A stretch of 64,000 nt of DNA from Heptranchias perlo (lineage: Eukaryota). The stretch spans positions 1 through 64,000 of the forward strand of contig NW_027139591.1 of the NCBI RefSeq assembly GCF_035084215.1. Reading direction: 5' to 3'. Every line of letters begins with the position of its first letter. Position 1 is the first letter of the stretch. Shown in pieces: positions 49,772 to 62,200 of this stretch. The translations under genes were made by a program, and so were the position numbers. Under the pieces are notes generated by a model. It was not told the origin of the DNA. It did not search any database and was given only the letters and a program-made list of their open reading frames with translations.

Positions 49772-49825
49772 CCCCAGAGGGCAGTTTATCAGTAAATAGT
49801 CGGCCCACTGCCCGTGATTTTCCAT
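49772..49825 (-). pseudogene. Exon remnant paralogous to 13149-13081
   Basis: GKSRAVGRLFTDKLPSG then G/gtgagg donor (phase 1). The acceptor AG is absent (aatga/atgga). Confidence 0.6.
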
Positions 49826-49944
49826 TCATTAATGGCAATGGACCAAGAATTGTGGACACCTCCAATGATCCACACACTGTGTGCAAGGCTCTGCCAGTGG
49901 CCCAGGGCCCCGATAATCTCAGCTCAACAGGTCTACGTTCCTTC

Positions 49945-50075
49945 AGAGCGTTGGGTAGCTCAGCTGGTTGAGAGCTGGACGAAGGGGTTAAGGGTCCCAG
50001 GTTTGAATCCCAACAACGTCCACTCAGCCTTTCAACTGTCTGAGGTTCATGAAGTGAATACCATATTGCAGGGCG
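49945..50075 (+). mobile_element. Degenerate tRNA-derived SINE
   Basis: A box tagctcagctgg and B box ggtttgaatcc, followed by a cactcagccttt...gaggt core. Confidence 0.55.
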
Positions 50076-50245
50076 TAGGGAGAAATCCAGAGACTGCTCG
50101 CAGTCCTTCCCATTGCGAATGGGGCTGCCCCAGACGGCCCTGACTCCTCAGTAATAGGTATGGGGATGACCAGCTGATTAAAACAGACCAAGGATGGAAC
50201 CTGCAATCTTCATCTGGGGCTCAACCACCTATTTCATAAACTCAC

Positions 50246-50295
50246 TGTGTCATCAGAACAGCTACAGACAACAGCGTTAACACCAAACCTCACAT
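50246..50295 (-). pseudogene. Signal-peptide-like first exon with a premature stop (M*GLVLTLLSVAVLMT)
   Basis: accATG context, hydrophobic run and /gtgagt donor. Codon 2 is TGA (CGA>TGA would restore MRGLVLTLLSVAVLMT). Ends in phase 2, not 1. Confidence 0.45.
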
Positions 50296-53200
50296 GGTAA
50301 ATCTATCGGTGTTCACCGAGAGAGGGGATTAGGGTAAATCTATCGGTGTTTACTGAGAGAGGGGATTAGGGTAAATCTATCGGTGTTTACTGAGAGAGGG
50401 GATTAGGGTAAATCTATCGGTGTTCACCGAGAGAGGGGATTAGGGTAAATCTATCGGTGTTCACCGAGAGAGGGGATTAGGGTAAATCTATCGGTGTTTA
50501 CTGAGAGAGGGGATTAGGGTAAATCTATCGGTGTTCACCGAGAGAGGGGATTAGGGTAAATCTATCGGTGTTCACCGAGAGAGGGGATTAGGGTAAATCT
50601 ATCGGTGTTCATCGAGAGAGGGGATTAGGGTAAATCTATCGGTGTTTACCAGGAGAGAGGGGATTAGGGTAAATCTATCGGTGTTCACCGAGAGAGGGGA
50701 TTAGGCTCAATCTATCGGTGTTCACCGAGAGAGGGGATTAGGGTAAATCTATCGGTGTTCACCGAGAGAGGGGATTAGGGTAAATCTATCGGTGTTCACC
50801 GAGAGAGGGGATTAGGGTAAATCTATCGGTGTTCACCGAGAGAGGGGATTAGGGTAAATCTATCGGTGTTTACCGAGAGAGGGGATTTGGGTAAATCTAT
50901 CGGTGTTTACCAGGAGAGAGGGGATTAGGGTAAATCTATCGGTGTTTACCAGGAGAGGGGATTAGGGTAAATCTATCGGTGTTCACCGAGAGAGTGGATT
51001 GAGGTAAATCTATCGGTGTTTACCAGGAGAGAGGGGATTAGGGTCAATCAATCGGTGTTTACCGAGAGAGGGGATTGGGGTAAATCTATCGGTGTTTACC
51101 GAGAGAGGGGATTTGGGTAAATCTATCGGTGTTTACCAGGAGAGAGGGGATTAGGGTAAATCTATCGGTGTTTACCGGGAGAGTGTATTGCGGTATATCT
51201 ATTGGTGTTTACCGGGAGAGTGTATTGCGGTTTATCTATTGGTGTTTACCGGGAGGGTGTATTGCGGTTTATCTATTGGTGTTTACCGGGAGAGTGTATT
51301 GCGGTATATCTATTGGTGTTTACCGGGAGAGTGTATTGCGGTATATCTATTGGTGTTTACCGGGAGAGTGTATTGCGGTATATCTATCGGTGTTTACCGG
51401 GAGAGTGTATTGCGGTAAATCTATCGGTGTTTACCGAGAGAGGGGATTCGGGTAAATCTATCGGTGTTTACCAGGAGACGGGGTTATGGTAAATCTATCG
51501 GTGTTGACTGAGAAAGGGGATTAGGGTAAATCTATCAGTGTTCACCAGGGGAGAGGTTTATGGTAAATCTACTGGTGTTTACCAGGGGAGAGGTTTATGG
51601 TAAATCTACTGGTGTTTACCAGGGGAGAGGTTTATGGTAAATCTACTGGTGTTTACCAGGGGAGAGGTTTATGGTAAATCTGCCAGTGTTTACCAGGGGA
51701 GAGGTTTATGGTAAATCTACCAGTGTTTACCAGGGGAGAGGTTTATGGTAAATCTACCAGTGTTTACCAGGGGAGAGGTTTATGGTAAATCTACCAGTGT
51801 TTACCAGGGGAGAGGTTTATGGTATATCTATCGGTGCTTACTCGGAGAGTGTATTGCGGTTTATCTATTGGTGTTTACCGGGAGAGTGTATTGCGGTTTA
51901 TCTATCGGTGTTTACCGGGAGGGTGTATTGTGGTATATCTATTGGTGTTTACCGGGAGAGTGTATTGCGGTATATCTATCGGTGTATACCGGGAGAGTGT
52001 ATTGCGGTATATCTATCGGTGTTTACCGGGAGAGTGTATTGCGGTATATCTATCGGTGTTTACCGGGAGAGTGTATTGCGGTATATCTATTGGTGTTTAC
52101 CGGGAGAGTGTATTGCGGTATATCTATCTGTGCTTACCGGGAGAGTGTATTGCGGTAAATCTATCGGTGTTTACCGAGAGAGGGGATTCGGGTAAATCTA
52201 TCGGTGTTTACCAGGAGACGGGGTTATGGTAAATCTATCGGTGTTGACTGAGAAAGGGGATTAGGGTAAATCTATCAGTGTTCACCAGGGGTGAGGTTTA
52301 TGGTAAATCTACTGGTGTTTACCAGGGGAGAGGTTTATGGTAAATCTACTGGTGTTTACCAGGGGAGAGGTTTATGGTAAATCTACTGGTGTTTACCAGG
52401 GGAGAGGTTTATGGTAAATCTGCCAGTGTTTACCAGGGGAGAGGTTTATGGTAAATCTACCAGTGTTTACCAGGGGAGAGGTTTATGGTAAATCTACCAG
52501 TGTTTACCAGGGGAGAGGTTTATGGTAAATCTACCAGTGTTTACCAGGGGAGAGGTTTATGGTATATCTATCGGTGCTTACTAGGAGAGTGTATTGCGGT
52601 TTATCTGTTGGTGTTTACCGGGAGAGTGTATTGCGGTTTATCTATCGGTGTTTACCGGGAGGGTGTATTGTGGTATATCTATTGGTGTTTACCGGGAGAG
52701 TGTATTGCGGTATATCTATCGGTGTATACCGGGAGAGTGTATTGCGGTATATCTATCGGTGTTTACCGGGAGAGTGTATTGCGGTATATCTATCGGTGTT
52801 TACCGGGAGAGTGTATTGCGGTATATCTATTGGTGTTTACCGGGAGAGTGTATTGCGGTATATCTATCGGTGTTTACCGGGAGAGTGTATTGCGGTAAAT
52901 CTATCGGTGTTTACCGAGAGAGGGGATTCGGATAAATCTATCGGTGTTTACCAGGAGAGGGGGTTATGGTAAATCTATCGGTGTTGACTGAGAAAGGGGA
53001 TTAGGGTAAATCTATCAGTGTTCACCAGGGGAGAGGTTTATGGTAAATCTACTGGTGTTTACCAGGGGAGAGGTTTATGGTAAATCTACTGGTGTTTACC
53101 AGGGGAGAGGTTTATGGTAAATCTACTGGTGTTTACCAGGGGAGAGGATTATGGTAAATCTACCAGTGTTTACCAGGGGAGAGGTTTATGGTAAATCTAC

Positions 53201-56200
53201 CAGTGTTTACCAGGGGAGAGGTTTATGGTATATCTATCGGTGCTTACTAGGAGAGTGTATTGCGGTTTATCTATTGGTGTTTACCGGGAGAGTGTATTGC
53301 GGTTTATCTATCGGTGTTTACCGGGAGGGTGTATTGTGGTATATCTATTGGTGTTTACCGGGAGAGTGTATTGTGGTATATCTATCGGTGTTTACCGGGA
53401 GAGTGTATTGCGGTATATCTATCAGTGTTTACCGGGAGAGTGTATTGCGGTATATCTATCGGTGTTTACCGGGAGAGTGTATTGCGGTATATCTATCGGT
53501 GTTTACCGGGAGAGTGTATTGCGGTATATCTATCGGTGTTTACCGGGAGAGTGTATTGCGGTATATCTATCGGTGTTTACCGGGAGAGTGTATTGCGGTA
53601 TATCTATCGGTGTTTACCGGGAGAGTGTATTGCGGTATATCTATTGGTGTTTACCGGGAGAGTGTATTGCGGTATATCTATCTGTGTTTACCGGGAGAGT
53701 GTATTGCGGTATATCTATTGGTGTTTACCGGGAGAGTGTATTGCGGTTTATCTATCGGTGTTCACCGGGAGGGTGTATTGTGGTATATCTATTGGTGTTT
53801 ACCGGGAGAGTGTATTGCGGTATATCTATCGGTGTATACCGGGAGAGTGTATTGCGGTATATCTATCGGTGTTTACCGGGAGAGTGTATTGCGGTATATC
53901 TATCGGTGTTTACCGGGAGAGTGTATTGCGGTATATCTATTGGTGTTTACCGGGAGAGTGTATTGCGGTATATCTATCGGTGTTTACCGGGAGAGTGTAT
54001 TGCGGTAAATCTATCGGTGTTTACCGAGAGAGGGGATTCGGGTAAATCTATCGGTGTTTACCAGGAGAGGGGGTTATGGTAAATCTATCGGTGTTGACCG
54101 AGAAAGGGGATTAGGGTAAATCTATCAGTGTTCACCAGGGGAGAGGTTTATGGTAAATCTACTCGTGTTTACCAGGGGAGAGGTTTATGGTAAATCTACT
54201 GGTGTTTACCAGGGGAGAGGTTTATGGTAAATCTACTGGTGTTTACCAGGGGAGAGGTTTATGGTAAATCTACCAGTGTTTACCAGGGGAGAGGTTTATG
54301 GTAAATCTACCAGTGTTTACCAGGGGAGAGGTTTATGGTAAATCTACCAGTGTTTACCAGGGGAGAGGTTTATGGTATATCTATCGGTGCTTACTAGGAG
54401 AGTGTATTGCGGTTTATCTATTGGTGTTTCCTGGGAGAGTGTATTGCGGTTTATCTATCGGTGTTTACCGGGAGGGTGTATTGTGGTATATCTATTGGTG
54501 TTTACCGGGAGAGTGTATTGTGGTATATCTATCGGTGTTTACCGGGAGAGTGTATTGCGGTATATCTATCGGTGTTTACCGGGAGAGTGTATTGCGGTAT
54601 ATCTATCGGTGTTTACCGGGAGAGTGTATTGCGGTATATCTATTGGTGTTTACCGGGAGAGTGTATTGCGGTATATCTATTGGTGTTTACCGGGAGAGTG
54701 TATTGCGGTATATCTATCGGTGTTTACCGGGAGAGTGTATTGCGGTATATCTATCGGTGTTTACCGGGAGAGTGTATTGCGGTATATCTATTGGTGTTTA
54801 CCGGGAGAGTGTATTGCGGTATATCTATTGGTGTTTACCGGGAGAGTGTATTGCGGTATATCTATCTGTGTTTACCGGGAGAGTGTATTGCGGTATATCT
54901 ATTGGTGTTTACCGGGAGAGTGTATTGCGGTATATCTATCGGTGTTTACCGGGAGACTGTATTGCGGTAAATCTATCGGTGTTTACCGAGAGAGGGGATT
55001 CGGGTCAATCTATCGGTGTTTACCGAGAGAGGAGATTCGGGTAAATCTATCGGTGATAACTGAGAGAGGGGATTCGGGTAAATCTATCGGTGTTTACCGA
55101 GAGAGGGGATTAGGGTAAATCTATCGGTGTTTACCAGGAGAGAGGGGATTAGGGTAAATCTATCGGTGTTAACTGAGAGAGGGGATTAGGGTAAATCTAT
55201 CGGTGTTTACCAGGAGAGAGGGGATTAGGGTAAATCTATCAGTGTTTACCGAGAGAGGGGATCAGGGTAAATCTATCGGTGTTTACCGAGAGAGGGGATT
55301 AGGGTAAATCTATCAGTGTTTACCGAGAGAGGGGATCAGGGTAAATCTATCGGTGTTTACCGAGAGAGGGGATTAGGGTAAATCTATCAGTGTTCACCGA
55401 GAGAGGGGATTAGGGTAAATCTATCGGTGTTTACCGAGAGAGGGGATTAGGGTAAATCTGTCGGTGTTTACCGAGAGAGGGGATTAGGGTAAATCTATCG
55501 GTGTTCACCAGGAGAGAGGGGATGAGGTTAAATCTATCGGTGTTTACCGAGAGAGGGGATTAGGGTAAATCTATCAGTGTTTACCAGGAGAGAGGGGATT
55601 GGGGTAAATCTATCGGTGTTTACCAGTAGAGAGGGGATGAGGGTAAATCTATCGGTGTTCACCGAGAGAGGGGATTAGGGTAAATCTATCGGTGTTTACC
55701 GAGAGAGGGGATTAGGGTAAATCTATCGGTGTTTACCAGGAGAGAGGGGATTAGGGTAAATCTATCGGTGTTTTCCGAGAGAGGGGATTCGGGTAAATCT
55801 ATCGGTGTTTACCGAGAGAGGGGATTAGGGTAAATCTATCGGTGTTTACCAGGAGAGAGGGGATTAGGGTAAATCTATCGGTGTTCACCAGGAGAGAGGG
55901 GATTAGGGTAAATCTATCGGTGTTCACCGAGAGAGGGGATTAGGGTAAATCTATCGGTGTTCACCAGGAGAGAGGGGATGAGGGTAAATCTGTCAGTGTT
56001 TACCGAGAGAGAGGGGATTAGGGTAAATCTATCGGTGTTCACCAGGAGAGAGGGGATTAGGGTAAATCTATCGGTGTTTACCGAGAGAGGGGATTAGGGT
56101 AAATCTATCGGTGTTCACCAGGAGAGAGGGGATGAGGGTAAATCTATCGGTGTTTACCAAGAGAGGGGATTAGGGTAAATCTATCGGTGTTTACCAGGAG

Positions 56201-59200
56201 AGAGGGGATTAGGGTAAATCTATCGGTGTTTTCCGAGAGAGGGGATTAGGGTAAATCTATCGGTGTTTACCGAGAGAGGGGATTAGGGTAAATCTATCGG
56301 TGTTTACCAGGAGAGAGGGGATTAGGGTAAATCTATCGGTGTTTACCGAGAGAGGGGATCAGGGTGAATCTATCGGTGTTTACCGAGAGAGGGGATTAGG
56401 GTAAATCTATCGGTGTTTACCAGGAGAGAGGGGATTAAGGTAAATCTATCAGTGTTTACCGAGAGAGGGGATTAAGGTAAATCTATCGGTGTTTACCGAG
56501 AGAGGGGATTGGGGTAAATCAATCGGTGTTCACCAGGAGAGAGGGGATTCGGGTAAATCTATCGGTGTTTACCGAGAGAGGGGATTGCGGTAAATGTATC
56601 GGTGTTTACCAGGAGAGAGGGGATTAGGGTAAATCTATCGGTGTTTACCAGGAGAGAGGGGATTAGGGTAAATCTATCGGTGTTTACCGAGAGAGGGGAT
56701 TAGGGTAAATCTATCGATGTTACCGAGAGAGGGGATTAGGGTAAATTTATCGGTGTTACCGAGAGAGGGGATTAGGGTAAATCTTTCGGTGTTCACCAGG
56801 AGAGAGGGGATGAGGGTAAATCTATCGGTGTTCACCGAGAGAGGGGATTAGGGTAAATCTATCGGTGTTCACCAGGAGAGAGGGGATGAGGGTAAATCTA
56901 TCGGTGTTTACCGAGAGAGAGGGGATTAGGGTAAATCTATTGGTGTTTACCGAGAGAGGGGATTAGGGTAAATCTATCGGTGTTTACCGAGAGAGGGGAT
57001 TAGGGTAAATCTATCGGTGTTCACCAGGAGAGAGGGGATTAGGGTAAATCTATCGGTGTTTACCGAGAGAGGGGATTAGGGTAAATCTATCGGTGTTCAC
57101 CAGGAGAGAGGGGATGAGGGTAAATCTATCGGTGTTTATCAAGAGAGGGGATTAGGGTAAATCTATCGGTGTTCACCAGGAGAGAGGGGATTAGTGTAAA
57201 TCTATCGGTGTTTACCGAGAGAGGGGATTAGGGTAAATCTATCGGTGTTTACCGAGAGAGGGGATTAGGGTAAATCTATCGGTGTTTACCAGGAGAGAGG
57301 GGATTAGGGTAAATCTATCGGTGTTTACCGAGAGAGGGGATCAGTGTAAATCTATCGGTGTTTACCGAGAGAGGGGATTAGGGTAAATCTATCGGTGTTG
57401 ACCGAGAAAGGGGATTAGGGTAAATCTATCAGTGTTCACCAGGGGAGAGGTTTATGGTAAATCTACTCGTGTTTACCAGGGGAGAGGTTTATGGTAAATA
57501 TACTGGTGTTTACCAGGGGAGAGGTTTATGGTAAATCTACTGGTGTTTACCAGGGGAGAGGTTTATGGTAAATCTACCAGTGTTTACCAGGGGAGAGGTT
57601 TATGGTAAATCTACCAGTGTTTACCAGGGGAGAGGTTTATGGTAAATCTACCAGTGTTTACCAGGGGAGAGGTTTATGGTATATCTATCGGTGCTTACTA
57701 GGAGAGTGTATTGCAGTTTATCTATTGGTGTTTACTGGGAGAGTGTATTGCGGTTTATCTATCGGTGTTTACCGGGAGGGTGCATTGTGGTATATCTATT
57801 GGTGTTTACCGGGAGAGTGTATTGTGGTATATCTATCGGTGTTTACCGGGAGAGTGTATTGCGGTATATCTATCGGTGTTTACCGGGAGAGTGTATTGCG
57901 GTATATCTATCGGTGTTTACCGGGAGAGTGTATTGCGGTATATCTATTGGTGTTTACCGGGAGAGTGTATTGCGGTATATCTATCGGTGTTTACCGGGAG
58001 AGTGTATTGCGGTATATCTATTGGTGTTTACCGGGAGAGTGTATTGCGGTATATCTATTGGTGTTTACCGGGAGAGTGTATTGCGGTATATCTATCTGTG
58101 TTTACCGGGAGAGTGTATTGCGGTATATCTATTGGTGTTAACCGGGAGAGTGTATTGCGGTATATCTATCGGTGTTTACCGGGAGAGTGTATTGCGGTAA
58201 ATCTATCGGTGTTTACCGAGAGAGGGGATTCGGGTAAATCTATCGGTGTTTACCGAGAGAGGAGATTCGGGTAAATCTATCGGTGATAACTGAGAGAGGG
58301 GATTAGGGTAAATCTATCGGTGTTTACCGAGAGAGGGGATTAGGGTAAATCTATCGGTGTTTACCAGGAGAGAGGGGATTAGGGTAAATCTATCGGTGTT
58401 AACTGAGAGAGGGGATTAGGGTAAATCTATCGGTGTTTACCAGGAGAGAGGGGATTAGGGTAAATCTATCAGTGTTTACCGAGAGAGGGGATCAGGGTAA
58501 ATCTATCGGTGTTTACCGAGAGAGGGGATTAGGGTAAATCTATCAGTGTTTACCGAGAGAGGGGATCAGGGTAAATCTATCGGTGTTTACCGAGAGAGGG
58601 GATTAGGGTAAATCTATCAGTGTTCACCGAGAGAGGGGATTAGGGTAAATCTATCGGTGTTTACCGAGAGAGGGGATTAGGGTAAATCTGTCGGTGTTTA
58701 CCGAGAGAGGGGATTAGGGTAAATCTATCGGTGTTCACCAGGAGTGAGGGGATGAGGTTAAATCTATCGGTGTTTACCGAGAGAGGGGATTAGGGTAAAT
58801 CTATCAGTGTTTACCAGGAGAGAGGGGATTGGGGTAAATCTATCGGTGTTTACCAGTAGAGAGGGGATTAGGGTAAATCTATCGGTGTTCACCGAGAGAG
58901 GGGATTAGGGTAAATCTATCGGTGTTTACCGAGAGAGGGGATTAGGGTAAATCTATCGGTGTTCACCAGGAGAGAGGGGATTAGGGTAAATCTATCGGTG
59001 TTTACCAGGAGAGAGGGGATTAGGGTAAATCTATCGGTGTTCACCAGGAGAGAGGGGATTAGGGTAAATCTATCGGTGTTCACCGAGAGAGGGGATTAGG
59101 GTAAATCTATCGGTGTTCACCAGGAGAGAGGGGATGAGGGTAAATCTGTCAGTGTTTACCGAGAGAGAGGGGATTAGGGTAAATCTATCGTTGTTCACCA

Positions 59201-62200
59201 GGAGAGAGGGGATTAGGGTAAATCTATCGGTGTTTACCGAGAGAGGGGATTAGGGTAAATCTATCGGTGTTCACCAGGAGAGAGGGGATGAGGGTAAATC
59301 TATCGGTGTTTACCAAGAGAGGGGATTAGGGTAAATCTATCGGTGTTTACCAGGAGAGAGGGGATTAGGGTAAATCTATCGGTGTTTACCGAGAGAGGGG
59401 ATTAGGGTAAATCTGTCGGTGTTTACCGAGAGAGGGGATTAGGGTAAATCTATCGGTGTTTACCAGGAGAGAGGGGATTAGGGTAAATCTATCGGTGTTT
59501 ACCGAGAGAGGGGATCAGGGTGAATCTATCGGTGTTTACCGAGAGAGGGGATTAGGGTAAATCTATCGGTGTTTACCAGGAGAGAGGGGATTAAGGTAAA
59601 TCTATCAGTGTTTACCGAGAGAGGGGATTAAGGTAAATCTATCGGTGTTTACCGAGAGAGGGGATTAGGGTAAATCTATCGATGTTACCGAGAGAGGGGA
59701 TTAGGGTAAATTTATCGGTGTTACCGAGAGAGGGGATTAGGGTAAATCTTTCGGTGTTCACCAGGAGAGAGGGGATGAGGGTAAATCTATCGGTGTTCAC
59801 CGAGAGAGGGGATTAGGGTAAATCTATCGGTGTTCACCAGGAGAGAGGGGATGAGGGTAAATCTATCGGTGTTTACCGAGAGAGAGGGGATTAGGGTAAA
59901 TCTATTGGTGTTTACCGAGAGAGGGGATTAGGGTAAATCTATCGGTGTTTACCGAGAGAGGGGATTAGGGTAAATCTATCGGTGTTCACCAGGAGAGAGG
60001 GGATTAGGGTAAATCTATCGGTGTTTACCGAGAGAGGGGATTAGGGTAAATCTATCGGTGTTCACCAGGAGAGAGGGGATGAGGGTAAATCTATCGGTGT
60101 TTATCAAGAGAGGGGATTAGGGTAAATCTATCGGTGTTCACCAGGAGAGAGGGGATTAGTGTAAATCTATCGGTGTTTACCGAGAGAGGGGATTAGGGTA
60201 AATCTATCGGTGTTTACCGAGAGAGGGGATTAGGGAAAATCTATCGGTGTTTACCAGGAGAGAGGGGATTAGGGTAAATCTATCGGTGTTTACCGAGAGA
60301 GGGGATCAGTGTAAATCTATCGGTGTTTACCGAGAGAGGGGATTAGGGTAAATCTATCGGTGTTTACCAGGAGAGAGGGGATTAAGGTAAATCTATCAGT
60401 GTTTACCGAGAGAGGGGATTAGGGTAAATCTATCGGTGTTTACCGAGAGAGGGGATTAGGGTAAATCTATCAGTGTTTACCGAGAGAGGGGATTGGGGTA
60501 AATCAATCGGTGTTCACCAGGAGAGAGGGGATTAGGGTAAATCTATCGGTGTTTACCGAGAGAGGGGATTGCGGTAAATGTATCGGTGTTTACCAGGAGA
60601 GAGGGGATTAGGGTAAATCTATCGGTGTTTACCAGGAGAGAGGGGATTAGGGTAAATCTATCGGTGTTTACCGAGAGAGGGGATTAGGGTAAATCTATCG
60701 ATGTTACCGAGAGAGGGGATTAGGGTAAATCTATCGGTGTTACCGAGAGAGGGGATTAGGGTAAATCTATCGGTGTTTACCAGGAGAGAGGGGATTAGGG
60801 TAAATCTATCGGCGTTTACCGAGAGAGGGGATTGGGGTAAATCTATCGGTGTTTACCAGGAGAGAGGGGATTAGGGTAAATCTATCGGTGTTTACCGAGA
60901 GAGGGCATTAGGGTAAACCTATCAGTGTTCACCAGGAGAGAGGTTTATGGTAAATCTACTGGTTTTTACCAGGGGAGAGGTTTATGGTAAATCTACCAGT
61001 GTTTACCAGGGGAGAGGTTTATGGTATATCTATCGGTGCTTACTAGGAGAGTGTATTGCGGTTTAACTATTGGTGTTTACCGGGAGAGTGTATTGTGGTA
61101 TATCTATTGGTGTTTACCGGGAGGGTGTATTGCGGTATATCTATTGGTGCGTACCGGGAGAGTGTATTGCGGTATATCTATCGGTGTTTACCGGGAGAGT
61201 GTATTGCGGTATATCTATCGGTGTTTACCGGTAGAGTGTATTGCTGTATATCTATCGGTGTTTAGCGGGAGAGTGTATTGCGGTATATCTATCGGTGTTT
61301 ACCGGGAGAGTGTATTGCGGTATACCTATTGGTGTTTACCGGGAGGGTGTATTGCGGTATATCTATTGGTGTTTACCGGGAGAGTGTATTGCGGTATATC
61401 TATCGGTGTTTACCGGGAGAGTGTATTGCGGTATATCTATTGGTGTTTACCGGGAGAGTGTATTGCGGTATATATATTGGTGTTTACCGGGAGAGTGTAT
61501 TGCGGTCTATCTATCGGTGCTTACCGGGAGAGTGTATTGCGGTATATCTTTCGGTGTTTACCGGGAGAGTGTATTGCGGTATATCTATCGGTGTTTACCG
61601 GGAGAGTGTATTGCGTTATATCTATTGGTGTTTACCGGGAGAGTGTATTGCGGTATATCTATCAGTGTTTACCGGGAGAGTGTATTGCGATATATCTATC
61701 GGTGTTTACCGGGAGAGTGTATTGCGGTATATCTATTGGTGTTTACCGGGAGAGTATATTGCGGTCTATCTATTGGTGTTTACCGGGAGAGTGTATTGCG
61801 GTATATCTATCGGTGTTTACCGGGAGAGTGTATTGCGGTATATCTATCGGTGTTTACCGGGAGAGTGTATTGCGGTATATCTATCGGTGTTTACCGGGAG
61901 AGTGTATTGCGGTATATCTATTGGTGTTTACCGGGAGAGGGGATTAGGGTAAATCTATCGGTGTTTACCGAGAGAGGGGATTCGGGTAAATCTATCGGTG
62001 TTCACTGAGAGAGGGGACTAGGTTAAATCTATCAGTGTTTACCAGGAGAGAGGGGATTAGGGTAAATCTATCGGTGTTTACCGTGAGAGGGGATTGGGGT
62101 AAATCTATCGGTGATTACAAGGAGAGAGGGGATTGGGGTAAATCTATCGGTGTTCACCAGGAGAGAGGGGATTAGGGTAAATCTATCGTTGTTTACCAGG

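Noticed and set aside
49945-50015. tRNA gene
   Set aside because: A/B boxes are present but there is no cloverleaf; it is a SINE head.
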